A program made the translations under genes and the position numbers. The notes beneath the pieces are model-generated. The model was given only the letters and a program-made list of their open reading frames with translations. It searched no databases and was not told where the DNA came from. Below, piece after piece: positions 1 to 18,272 of a stretch of 64,000 nt of DNA. The stretch is taken from NCBI RefSeq assembly GCF_009914755.1, contig NC_060944.1. One strand, given 5' to 3'. This DNA is from the human T2T-CHM13v2.0 reference genome, Homo sapiens. Position 1 is the first letter of the stretch. Each line of letters starts with the position of its first letter.

Positions 1-2018
<2,018 letters not shown>

Positions 2019-2081
2019 TGTGATGTTAGCTGGTTATTTTGCTCATTAGTTGATGCAGTTTCTTCCTAGTCTCGATAGGCT

Positions 2082-3098
2082 TTACATTTTGGCATGATTT
2101 TGCAGTGGCTGGTACCGGTTGTTCCTTTCCATGTTTAGCGCTTCCTTCAGGAGCTCTTTTAGGGCAGGCCTGGTGGTGACAGAATCTCTCAGCATTTGCT
2201 TGTCTGTAAAGTATTTTATTTCTCCTTCACTTATGAAGCTTAGTTTGGCTGGATATGAAATTCTGGGTTGAAAATTCTTTTCTTTAAGAATGTTGAATAT
2301 TGGCCCCCACTCTCTTCTGGCTTGTAGAGTTTCTGCCGAGAGATCTGCTGTTAGTCTGATGGGCTTCTTTTTGAGGGTAACCCTACCTTTCTCTCTGGCT
2401 GCCCTTAACATTTTTTCCTTCATTTCAACTTTGGTGAATCTGACAATTATGTGTCTTGGAGTTGCTCTTCTCGAGGAGTATCTTCGTGGCATTCTCTGTA
2501 TTTCCTGAATCTGAATGTTGGCCTGCCTTGCTAGATTGGGGAAGTTCTCCTGGATAATATCCTGCAGAGTGTTTTCCAACTTGGTTCCATTCTCCCCGTC
2601 ACTTTCAGGTACACCAATCAGATGTAGATTTGGTCTTTTCACATAGTCCCATATTTCTTGGAGGCTTTGCTCGTTTCTTTTTATTCTTTTTTCTCTAAAC
2701 TTCCCTTCTCGCTTCATTTCATTCATTTCATCTTTCATCGCTGATACCCTTTCTTCCAGTTGATCGCATTGGCTCCTGAGGCTTCTGCATTCTTCACGTA
2801 GTTCTCGAGCCTTGGTTTTCAGCTCCTTCAGCTCCTTTAAGCACTTCTCTGTATTGGTTATTCTAGTTATACATTCTTCTAAATGTTTTTCAAAGTTTTC
2901 AACTTCCTTGCCTTTGGTTTGAATGTCCTCCTGTAGCTAGGAGTAATTTGATCGTCTGAAGACTTCTTCTCTTAGCTCGTCAAAGTCATTCTCAGTCAAG
3001 CTTTGTTCTGTTGCTGGTGAGGAGCTGCGTTCCTTTGGAGGAGGAGAGGCGCTCTGCTTTTTAGAGTTTCCAGTTTTTCTGCTCTGTTTTTTCCCCAT
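2082..3098 (-). pseudogene. L1 ORF1 (RNA chaperone) with premature stop E54*
   Basis: ATG GGG AAA AAA CAG at 3098; 1017 nt to TAA, the canonical 338-codon length. Codon 54 (2939-2937) is TAG instead of GAG. The downstream 218 aa (..ARREWGPIFNILKEKNFQPRISYPAKLSF..) are open. Confidence 0.93.
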
Positions 3099-4006
3099 CT
3101 TTGTGGTTTATCTACTTTTGGTCTTTGATGATGGTGATGTACAGATGGGTTTTTGGTGTGGATGTCCTTTCTGTTTGTTAGTTTTCCTTCTAACAGACAG
3201 GACCCTCAGCTGCAGGTCTGTTGGAGTACGCGGCCGTGTGAGGTGTCAGTGTGCCCCTGCTGGGGGGTGCCTCCCAGTTAGGCTGCTCAGGGGTCAGGGG
3301 TCAGGGACCCACTTGAGGAGGCAGTCTGCTGGTTCTCAGATCTCCAGCTGCATGCTGGGAGAACCACTGCTCTCTTCAAAGCTGTCAGACAGGGACATTT
3401 AAGTCTGCAGAGGTTACTGCTGTCTTTTTGTTTGTCTGTGTCCTGCCCCCAGAGGTGGAGCCTACAGATGCAGGCAGGCCTCCTTGAGCTGTGGTGGGCT
3501 CCACCCAGTTTGAGCTTCCCGGCTGCTTTGTTTACCTAAGCAAGCCTGGGCAATGGCGGGCGCCCCTCCCCCAGCCTCACTACCACCTTGCAGTTTGATC
3601 TCAGACTGCTGTGCTAGCAATCAGCGAGACTCCGTGGGCGTAGGACCCTCTGAGCCAGGTGCGGGATATAATCTCCTGGTGCCCTGTTTTTTAAGCCCGT
3701 CGGAAAAGCGCAGTATTTGGGTGGGAGTGACCCGATTTTCCAGGTGCCATCTGTCACCCCTTTCTTTGACTAGGAAAGGGAACTCCCTGACCCCTTGTGC
3801 TTCCCAAGTGAGGCAATGCCTCGCCCTGCTTCGGCTCGCGCACGGTGCGCGCACCCACTGACCTGCGCCCGCTGTCTGGCACTCCCTAGTGAGATGAACC
3901 CGGTACCTCAGATGGAAATGCAGAAATCACCCGTCTTCTGCATCACTCACGCTGGGAGCTGTAGACCGGAGCTGTTCCTATTCGGCCATCTTGGCTCCTC
4001 CCCTCC
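3099..4006 (-). promoter_or_regulatory. L1 5'UTR: internal sense promoter (YY1 site 3983-3993) and antisense promoter firing toward the + strand
   Basis: The CAAGATGGCCG YY1 motif is intact and the UTR is CpG-containing. The antisense promoter is an established property of primate L1 5'UTRs. Confidence 0.8.
3553..3861 (+). CDS. L1 ORF0 (primate antisense ORF), 102-aa variant; splice donors after 3658 (SD1) and 3743 (SD2)
   Basis: MAGAPPPASLPPCSLISDCCASNQRDSVGVGPSEPG matches the ORF0 N-terminus. CAG|GTGCGG lies at nt 106 and CAG|GTGCCA at nt 191 of the ORF. Expression is not shown by the sequence. Confidence 0.75.
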   Translation: MAGAPPPASLPPCSLISDCCASNQRDSVGVGPSEPGAGYNLLVPCFLSPSEKRSIWVGVTRFSRCHLSPLSLTRKGNSLTPCASQVRQCLALLRLAHGARTH

Positions 4007-4040
4007 AAAATTCAAATTTTTAAAAGAATAAGAGGCATCA

Positions 4041-4332
4041 GGCTAGGTGCGGTGGCTCATGCGTGTAATCCCAGCACTTTCGGAGGCTAAGTCAGGCAGA
4101 TCACTTAGCCCAGGAGTTCAAGGCTAGCCTGGGCAACATGGTGAGACCCCATCTCTAAAAAAAAAATATGAAAAATTAGTCAGGTTTGGTGGTGCAGTAC
4201 TGGTAGCGCCAGCTACTCAGTGGGCTGAGGTGGGAAGATCACCTGAGCCCAGGAGGTTGAGGCTGTAGTAAGCTGTGATTGTGCCACTGAATTCCAGCCT
4301 GGGCAACAGAGTGATATCCTGTATCAAAAAAA
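4041..4332 (+). mobile_element. Alu, AluJ-type
   Basis: Dimeric Alu with GCCCAGGAGTTCAAG...CTGGGCAACATGGTGAGACCCC and GAGGCTGTAGTAAGCTGTGATTG J-like diagnostics. Confidence 0.9.
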
Positions 4333-7300
4333 GTGGTACCAAAATATTATTGGTCGCATTATTAATATTTGATTATAATGTTGCATCATACTAATATATA
4401 ACTACCTACCTTCCTTGCCACATCTCTTCAGGGAATCTGTTAAGTTTTCTCTTTTTATAGGATTTACATATAGGTCTTATATTTAAGTGTTTAGTTCATT
4501 TTCATTTGATTTTTGTATATGGTGAGAAACTGGAGTCTACTTTTATCCTTCTGCACATGGATATTCAGTTTTCCCAGCACCATTTGTTGAAGAGACTGTC
4601 TTTTCCCCATTATATGTTCTTGGCACATTTGTCAAAAATAAGTTGGCTGTTGCATGGATTTATACCTGGGTTATTAATTTTGTCCTATTAGTCAATCTGT
4701 CTGTTTTAATGCCAGTACCATGCTAATTTGGTTACTATAGCTGTGTAGTATATTTTGAAGTCAGGTAATGTGATGTGTCTGGCTTTGTTCTTTTTGCTCA
4801 GAATTACTTTGTATACTCAGGGTCATTTGTGATTCCATATATATTTTAAGATTGTTTTTCCTATTTCTGTGAAGAAAGTCATTGGCATATTGATAAGGAT
4901 TGCATCAAACCTGTATTGTCATTATAACAATATCAGTTCTTCCAATCCATAAGCATGGAATATCTTTCCATTTTTTTGTGTCCTCTTCATTTTCTTTCAT
5001 CAGAGTTTTATAGTTTTCCTTGTTTAGATCTTTCAGTTCTTTGGTTTAATTGATTCCATCATTTTATATTCTTTGTAGCTATGGTAAGTGGGATTGCTTT
5101 CTTGATTTCCTTTTGAGATTTTTTGCTATTGGTCTATATATACTAGTGATTTTTGTATGTTGATTTTGTATTCTGCAACTCTACTGAACTTGTTTATCAG
5201 CAGTAATAGTTTTTTGGTGGAGTCTTTATGTTTTTTTAAATATAAGATCATGCCATCTGCAAACAAGGCTAATTTTACTTCGTCCTGTCCATTTGGATGC
5301 CCTTTATTTTTTTCTTTTCCCTGATTTCTCTGTCCAGATCTTCCAGTATTATGTTAAATAACAGTGATGAAAGTGGGCATCCTTGTCTTGCTCCAGTTCT
5401 TAAAGAAAAGACTTCCAGTTTTTACCAGTTCAATATGATGTTGGCTGTGGGTTTGTCATGTATGGCCTTTCTTGTTTTGAGGTATGTCCCTTCTATGCCC
5501 AGTTTTTTGAGGGTTTTTTAAATCATAAAGGAGCATTGAATTTTATCAACTGCTTTTTCAGCATCTATTGAAATAGTCATATGATTTTCGTTCTTGGTTC
5601 TATTAATGTGATTTGTCATGTTTATTAACTTTTGTATGTTGAACCATTCTTGTGTCCCTGGGATGAGTCCAAATTGATCAAGATGAATGATCTTTTTAAT
5701 GTGTTGTTGGATTCAGTTTGCTAGTATTTTGTTGAAGATTTTTGCATCCATATTTATCAATGATATTGGTCTGTAGTTTTCTTTTTTGTTATCATAGTGT
5801 CCTTGTCTGATTTTGGTATCAGGGTAATGTTGGCCTCATAGAATGAGTTTAGAAGTATTTCCTCCTCGTCAGTGTTTTGAAGAGTTTGAGTAGAATTGGT
5901 ACCAATTCTTTATTAAATGTTTGGTAGAAATCAGCAGAGAAGCCCTCAGGTTCCAGGCTTTTATTTGATGGGAAACTTTTTATACAGCTTCAATCATGTT
6001 ACTTGTTACTGATTTGTTGAGGTTTTCTATTTCTTCATGCCTCAATCTTTGTAGGTTGCATGTGTCCAGGAATTGATCCATTTCTTACAGATTTTCCAAA
6101 TTGTTGGTGTATAGTTGTTCATAATAGTCTCTAATGATTCTTTGCATTTCTGTGGTCTCAGTTGTTATGTCTCATTTCTTGTTTCTTATTTTATTTAGTT
6201 GGGTCTTCTCTCTTTTTTTCTTAGTTAATTGGGCAAAAAAACTAGGTTTGTTGATTTTGTTTTTCTTTGCAAAAACCAACTTTTCACTTGTTGATCTTCC
6301 GTATTGTTATTTTAGTGTCAATTTCATTTAATTTTGCTCTGATTTTTATTAGTTCTTTCTTTCTACTCATTTTAGGTTGGTTTGTTCTTGATTTTCTAGT
6401 TTTTTTTAGCACATCATTAGCCTGTTTGTTTGAAGTATTTTGTTTGTGATACAGGTATTTATTGCTATAAACTTCCATCTTAGTGCTGTTTTTGCTGTAT
6501 CCCATAGGTTTTGGTATGTTGTGTTTCAATTTTCAGTTGTTTCAAAATATTTCTAAATTTTCTTCTTCATTTTTGTATTGACTCATTGGTTATTCAGGAG
6601 GATGTTGTCTAGTTTCCATGTGTTTGTATATTTTTCAAGGTTCTTCTTTTTATTGATTTCTAGTTTTATTCCACTGTGGTCTGAAAAGATACTTGATATG
6701 GTTTCAACTTTTTTGAATTTGTTGAGATTTGTTTTGTTGCCTAAGATATGGTTTATTTTGGAGAATGTTTCATGTGCTGAGGAAAGGAATATATATCCCA
6801 CAGCAGTTGAGTGAAATGTTCTGCAAATGTTAGTTAGGCCTATTTGGTCTACTGTGTAGTTTACCTTCAATGTTTCTTTGTTGGTTTTCTGTCCATTACT
6901 CAGAGTCAGGTATTGTAGTCCCCTACTATTATTGTATTGTAGTCTACCTCTCCCTTTAGATTTAGTAATGTTTGCTTTATATACTTGAGAGCTCCAGTGT
7001 TGGGTGCATAGGTATTTATAATTATTATATCCTCTTGCTGAATTTACTCTTTTATCATCATATAGTGTACCTTCTTTGTCCCTCTTTAAAGTTATTGACT
7101 TGTAGTCTATTAAATCTGATATAAGCATAGTCACTCCAGTTCTTTTCTGATTTCCATTGCATGGAATATCTTTTTCCATCCCTTCATGTTCAATCTATAT
7201 GTGTCTGTATAAGTGAGTGGGTTCTTGTAGGCAGCATATAGTTAGGTCTTGTTTCTTGATCCATTCAGCCATTTGATGTTTCTTAATTGGAGGGTTGAGT

Positions 7301-7989
7301 TCATGTATATTCAGTGTTATTATTGATAAGTAAGGATGTACTACCGCCATTTTGTTGCCTGTTTCCTCATTGTTTTGTAACTCTTCATTTTTGTACTCTC
7401 TTTCTTTGTTGTTATGTGTTTTAATGTGTATGTTTTAACTTGTTGCTTTTTATTGTTAGTGTATCTATTACAAAACAGATCTTATGGATATAACAATTTA
7501 TTTTAAAGAGATGACAACTTATCCTAGATCACAAAGAATAAAAACAAATAAAAAATTTTAAAAACCTCTACACTTTAGTTCCACCCCCTTACCCCAATAT
7601 TTAGACTTTTGGTTGTCTCAATATAAATATTTGATATATGTACGGGTTGATGTAACTATCATTATTTTTGATAGATTTGTCTTTTAGGCTTTATACTAGA
7701 GTTATGAGTGGGTTATATACCTCAATTACGGTATTATTCTGGGGTTGTCTGTGTACTAAAACCTACTTTTACCAGTAGGTTTTAGATCTGCAAATACATA
7801 TATACTTTTTTGCACTTCAGTATTTTTCTTCTTTCATACTGAAGAACTTTCTTTAGCATTTCTTGTAAGACAGATCTGGTAATGGTGAGCTCTCTCAGCT
7901 TTGGTTAATCTGGAATACACTTTATCTCTCTTTAATATTTGAAGGATAACTTTACTGGATGTAGTATTCCTGGATCACAAAGGTTTGTC

Positions 7990-8045
7990 TTTCTTTCCTT
8001 TCCTTTCCTTTCCTTTCCTTTCCTTTCCTTTCCTTTTCTTTTCTT
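7990..8045. repeat. (TTTCC)n microsatellite
   Basis: Tandem TTTCC units are visible. Confidence 0.85.
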
Positions 8046-8470
8046 TCAACACTTTGAAAATGTTATCCTACTTCCTCCTGGTCTATATGATTTCCATTGA
8101 GAAGTCTCTTGCCAGGCAAATCGGAGCTCCTTCTTATGTTATTTGGTTCATATCTCTTGCTGCTTTTAGGATCCTTTCTTTGACCTTAACCTTTGAGAAT
8201 TTGATTATTATATGCCTTGGCTTGGTCCTATTTGAGTCAAACCTGCCCTTCCTGTACCTGGATATTTATCTCCTTCTCAAGTTTTGAGAAGTTTTCTGTT
8301 ATTTCTGTGAGTCAGCTTTCCACTGCTTGCTCTTGCTCAACTCCCTCTTGAACATTAATAATTGTTAGGTGTGATTTTTTTGAAGTAATTTTCAATATCT
8401 TGTAGATGATCTTCATTCCTTTGCATTCTTTTTTATTTTTTTCTCTTTTCTCTTCTGACTGTGTATTTTC

Positions 8471-8778
8471 TTTCTTTCTTTTTTTTTTTTTTTTTTTTGA
8501 GATGGAGTCTCACTCTGTCGCCTAGGCTAGAGGGCAGTGGCTCAATCTTGGCTCACTGCAAGCTCTGCCTCCTGGTTCATGCCATTCTCCTGCCTCAGCC
8601 TCCCAAGTAGCTGGGACCACAGGCACCGGCCACCACGCCCAGCTAATTTTTTGTATTTTTAGTGGAGATGGGGTTTCACCGTGTTAGCCAGGATGGTCTT
8701 GATCTCCTGACCTCATGATCTGCCCGCCTTGGCTGCCCAAAGTGCTGGGATTACAGGCATGAGCCACCGCACCCAGCC
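8471..8778 (-). mobile_element. AluY with 16-bp TSD
   Basis: AluY diagnostics (CACTGCAAGCTC, CCGTGTTAGCCAGGATGG); TSD CTGACTGTGTATTTTC at 8455-8470 and 8779-8794. Confidence 0.95.
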
Positions 8779-9316
8779 CTGACTGTGTATTTTCAAATAG
8801 CCTGTCTTTGAGCTCACTGATTATTTCCTCTGCTTGATTTGTTCTGAATTTTCAGTTCAGAAAATGTATTCCTCAGTTCCACGATGTCTGTGTTTCTTAA
8901 AATTTCAATATCTTTATTAAATTTATATTATAAATTTCTAAGTTGCTTTTCTGTGTCATATTGGAGATCACAGAGTTTCTTTAAGACTTCCACTTTGAAT
9001 TATTGGTCAGGGAGCTCGTGTATTTTCATCTAGCTAGGACCAATCACTAGTTCTTTGCTTTGTCTGTTTGGGGAGGTCATATTTCCTGTTCACTGTTGTT
9101 TCTTGTGGATGAATGCCAATGTCTTTGCATTGAAGGATTAATTATTTATTCCAGTCTTCTCTGTCTGATTTGTTTTGTTTTTCATTGAATATGTTTGCTG
9201 AAATATTCTTTGTAATTTATAATTATTTCTTTTTTCTATTACCACTGTTGTTTGCACAGTATATCTTTTTCCATTCTTAACTTTCAACCTATATTTTGAG
9301 ATAAAAGTAGGCTTTT

Positions 9317-9602
<286 letters not shown>

Positions 9603-9630
9603 GTATGTTTTTTATATACAGTATAAAATG

Positions 9631-10080
9631 TGTTAAACAAAAATTATGGGAGGCTATTGTTTTGGACTGAGCTTCCGCACTAGGCCCTAATAGACCAGAC
9701 CAAATCAAACCAAAACAGAGTCACTCATGCTGAATGACACATGATCAAAATGACACTTTGAGGAAGCAGGTATTATAGAGCCTCAGACCAGTTTTTCCTA
9801 AAACCAGGAGCTTCTGGTCTACCTCAGTCAGTGTAATAAAGAAATCACTTCTCCTTTAACTTTTACCAAAAAAAGTAAGTTGAAGTAACCTGACATTAGC
9901 CAATCAGCTTTTTATTCCTGACATTAGCCAATCAGCTTTTTATTCCCCCTATTGTTCCGTTTCCTTGTTCCCACCTATTGTCCCGTGGGAGCTTTGATTC
10001 TATTTTGTAGAATGGAGGCTGCCCTTATTTATGAATTGAAAATAAAAACAACTTTAAATTTGTAATTTTGTCTTTTGACA
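9631..10080 (+). mobile_element. Solo ERV1 LTR (MER4-group-like), ~450 bp
   Basis: TGTTAAA...TTTGACA termini, CCAAT boxes and AATAAA near the 3' end. The exact family is not assigned. Confidence 0.75.
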
Positions 10081-11329
10081 AGTTGAATCTTATTTTTAAT
10101 CCAGTCCAACAATCTCTGGCTTTTGGTTGGACTGTTAAATCTATTCACATTTAATGTTGTTAGTAATAGAGTTGGATTTCCAACTGCTATTTTACTTTCT
10201 GTTCTTTCTCTCTCCCTCAGTTTACTTGTTCCTGTATACGTTCTTCTTTTGCATTAAGTGAATATTTTCTAGGGTAACATTTTAATTTCTTTAATGATTT
10301 AGCTATTTTTTTAGTAGTTGCTCTAGGGTCTGCAACGTACATCTTAACTCGTCAGCATAGATTTATACTAACATAATTCCAGTGGGATATAAAAAATTTA
10401 CTCCTCTATAGTTCAATTCCTTCACCCAAGTTTTGCATTACTTTGTTATGTATATTATTTCTAAAGATGTTACAAACTCGGCAATGCATTGTTGTCATTA
10501 TTTTTATAATTTCATGTCTTTTAAATAATCTCAGAGAAGAGAGAAGAGCTAGTATATATTTATAGAGTTTGCTCTATTATTATTCTTATTGGCCATTTTG
10601 GATTCTCTTCATTTCTCCTGTGGATTCAACCTCCTCTACGGCATCATTACTCAAGACAGCTTTGTTTTCCGTCTCCTCCTTTGTGTTGTTATTGTCACAT
10701 AGATTACATTTTTATATATGATAAACCTAAAGTGTAATGAGATGCATATTGTTCTACATGATTGCTTGCTAAATCAGTCAAGTGAAAAAAGGAGGAGAAA
10801 TATGCAATTACACTGTCTTGTACAATTATCTACATAATTACCTTAATCAGTGCTCTTGTTTTCTTAATGTAATTTTGATTTCATACTTGGTCTCACTTGC
10901 TTTTAGTCTGAAGAACATCTTTTAGTATTTTCTTATGGCAAGTCTGCTAGGAGGAAATTATCTTAGTGTTTATCTTAGAATACATTTATTTTTATTTCAG
11001 AGAGATTTTTCCAAACATGATATTTTATTGTTGACAACTTTTGCCCCTCTAGCATTTTGAATTTGTTATTCCACTTCCTTCTGGCATTGATTTTCTTGTT
11101 CTGATGGGAATTCCACTGTTATCCTTATTGAGGGGACCTCGTATGGGATGAGTCATTTCTCCCCACTACTTTTACAGTTTGTTTTGGTCTTTATTCGACA
11201 TTTTGATGATAAAGTGTGTGGATCATCTTGTGTTTACCCTATTTGGATTTTGTTGTGTTCCAGGATGTGTATATTAATTTTTTCAGGTTTTACATGAACT
11301 GTTCTATTTTAGCTTAAAATAATAGTAAA

Positions 11330-11830
11330 ATAATTTTCAACCACCAAGCTATTAGAGGGGCAAAATGAAATACATAGAATTCTTGATTAGTTTTTTAAAT
11401 GACAAGAATGAAGATAATACAAGTAGGGCAAGAGGGAAACCAATGGTAAGATGATAAAAATAAACCCAAATACATATCAAAATATATTTAATATAAATAG
11501 AAAAATTATCCAGTTAAAAGACAAACATTGCTAGACTGGACCAAAAGAAATAAAACAACATAAAACTAAACAAAGTGCTTTCTGCTTTCAAGGTCCATTA
11601 GGAAAGAATGAACATGAACTCTTGGAAAACATAGACCAAATATTAACCAAAAAAGAAAGTTGGCTTATTTATACTAATACTGTATATCAGACAGAGTACA
11701 GTTTAAATTATGATACATTACTACAGGTAAAGGATCATTTCATAATGTCAATAGGGTCAATCTACCAGGAAGGTATAACAACATAAACGTTTATGTACCT
11801 AATAATATAGGTTCAAAATATGCAAAATGA
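11330..11830 (+). mobile_element. Ancient L1ME-like ORF2 5' fragment
   Basis: GATCATTTCATAATGTCAATAGGGTCAATCTACCAGGAAGGTATAACA..TTTATGTACCTAATAA resembles L1 endonuclease-coding sequence. Confidence 0.6.
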
Positions 11831-11834
11831 AAAG

Positions 11835-13290
11835 CTCCTGCAAGGTTCCCCAAGGAAGTTATCACAAAGTTACCTCATTGCTGATGAGCGGGTGGGGTAT
11901 TGTTGAGCAGATGGAAAAGGGGCAAGTGCTTTGTCACAAAAAGGAGCTGGATTAGGGCCAGATAACTCAATAGAGATAAGCTGATTTTGTCTTTGATTAA
12001 GAAAAAAGTTAAGTGGAAGGGCTGGTGTCTGTTAAAAATTGAATGTACAGTGTGGATAAACAGAGAGTGTCCTGATAAAATATCCAACTTCACAGATGAT
12101 GAAGATTTCTTCCAGGTGGCAAAATGCATGCAATTCTACGAGGCAATTCTGCTGTAAGCCAATTAAAAGATGGCAGGGGAGTCTTGGTTACATTTTCGCA
12201 TTAAGGAAATAAGTAATCCTGACTCTACATATTCAATGATAACTATGAGCAATCAGTAACAAAACAATAAAGAGCCATTGTGTATTGTTACCACAGACAT
12301 TGGCTTGATCTGCCGCCACAACTGAAAAAGCCAACAACATCTGGCCAAGCACCATAATGAAGTCAATTTTAGAAACAAAGTGAGAAATATAAGCTTGTAT
12401 AAAACCATGATACAGCTGAATGCTAAGTTCTGCACATGCTTTCCATCACCATACATCCAGGGACAAAGAAGACAAAGAAGACCCAAGGACAAAGAGCTGT
12501 AACAATTTAGGGAATATTATAAAAGACTTTACTTAAAAACAATTGAACTCTTTAGTCTGCACAGGTTAAGAGAATAGGGTGGAATCTGTAAAACTATGGA
12601 TGTTGTAATTAGGAAAAATCCAGACTCCATTCAATCCTGGTACATGGAGTAGTTTCCTGTGGCTGCCAAATTACCACAAAATTAGTGGCTTAACCACAAT
12701 AAAAATATATTGTCTTTGAGTTCTGTAGGAGAGGAGCATGGGTCTCATGAGGCTAAAATCAAGGTATCAGCAGGGCTGGTTCCTTCTGGAGGCTCAGAAG
12801 AGCATTTTTTCCTGAATTTTTTAGTTTCCAGAGGCTGCCTCTGCACCTTGGCTCATGGCCCCTTGGCCATCTTTGGCTAGCAGCAGCAGGTTGAGATCTC
12901 ACATGGTCTTACCCTCACCTCTCCTGCCTGTCTCTTCTACTTTTGATTGCACTGGGCCAACACAGATAATCCAGGACATTCTCCTCAGTTTAAGTTTGGC
13001 TGATCAGAGACCTTAATTCTATTTACAACCTTAATTCTCCTTGGCATATAACATGACTATTCATACCTTCTTAGGATTAGAATGTGGATATCTTTGTTGG
13101 CGGGGATTATCCTGCTCATCACAATATACAAAGGTAATGAGTAATAATACCCTGAGGTCTGAAAGTAGCAGTGTGGTTTTTTTTTTTAGGACAAATAAAG
13201 GAGGTACAGTTTTTTCAGCAGGTGATACTGGCTGAAAATATACTTAGCTTAAAAACTTCACGGATGATAAATGCTTGACAGATCAGCAAA
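11835..13290 (+). mobile_element. CR1/L3 LINE relic (RT C-terminal region and 3' end), split by an MLT1
   Basis: AACTTCACAGATGATG (FADD-like), TTGTATAAAACCATGATACAGC, TTTAGGACAAATAAAGGAGGTAC and GGCTGAAAATATA resemble CR1/L3 3' sequence. Confidence 0.6.
12646..13123 (-). mobile_element. MaLR LTR (MLT1C/D-like)
   Basis: TAGTTTCCTGTGGCTGCC..TTACCACAAA..GGCTAAAATCAAGGTATCAGCAGGGCTGGTTCCTTCTGGAGGCTC..CAGATAATCCAGGA. Confidence 0.8.
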
Positions 13291-13386
13291 GGATGCCAGA
13301 GATTCTGGGGATGCATTCTTAAAATTTTATGCTTTATTTTTCTCATTTACAAGAATCATATAAATATTTAAATAGAAATAAGAAAA

Positions 13387-17502
<4,116 letters not shown>

Positions 17503-17552
17503 AAATAAGAAAAGGAAAACATTCCACCATGAATACTTACTTCAGTTTTTAA

Positions 17553-17790
<238 letters not shown>

Positions 17791-18250
17791 TGTACCAGGA
17801 CAAGCCACAGACAAAACTCCTCAGACACTGAGTTAAAGAAGGAAGGGGTTTATTTGGCCGGGGGCATCAGCAAGGCTCCTGTCTCAAGAGCCAAGCTCCT
17901 CTAGTGAGCAATTCCTGTCCTTTTTAAGGGCTCACAACTCTAAGGGGGTGCATGTGAGTGAGTCGTGATCGATTGAGCAAGTTGGGGGTACGTGACTGGG
18001 GGCTGCATGCCCCAGTAATTAGATCGGAACAAAACAGGACAGGGATTTTCATGGTGCTTTTCTATGCAATGTCTATAATCTATAGATAACATAACCGATT
18101 AGGTCAGGGTCGATCTTTAACTCCCAGGCCCAGGGTGCGACACCGGGCTGTCTGCTTGTGAATTTCATTTCTGCCTTTTAGTTTTTACTTTTTCTTTCTT
18201 TGGAGGCAGAAATTGGGCATAAGACAATATGAAGGTGGTCTCCTCCCTTA
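17791..18250 (-). repeat. 3' LTR (LTR2-type, 460 bp)
   Basis: Direct repeat of 24642-25103; preceded on the minus strand by the PPT; AATAAA at 17854-17849. Confidence 0.95.
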
Positions 18251-18261
18251 CTCCCCCTTTT
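18251..18261 (-). other. Polypurine tract
   Basis: AAAAGGGGGAG immediately 5' of the 3' LTR on the minus strand. Confidence 0.85.
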
Positions 18262-18272
18262 GAGACTCTCAC

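Larger units (their letters stand above)
4460..9240 (-). mobile_element. Old L1 (L1M/L1MA-class): decayed ORF2 through ORF1-side sequence
   Basis: Degenerate ORF2 peptides on the minus strand (e.g. FLSSAHETFSKINHILGNKT..FSDHSGIKLEIN) with many stops and indels; interrupted by an AluY. Confidence 0.85.

Noticed and set aside
11875-12492. Possible processed pseudogene
   Set aside because: No poly-A, TSD or recognisable protein; better explained as decayed CR1/L3.
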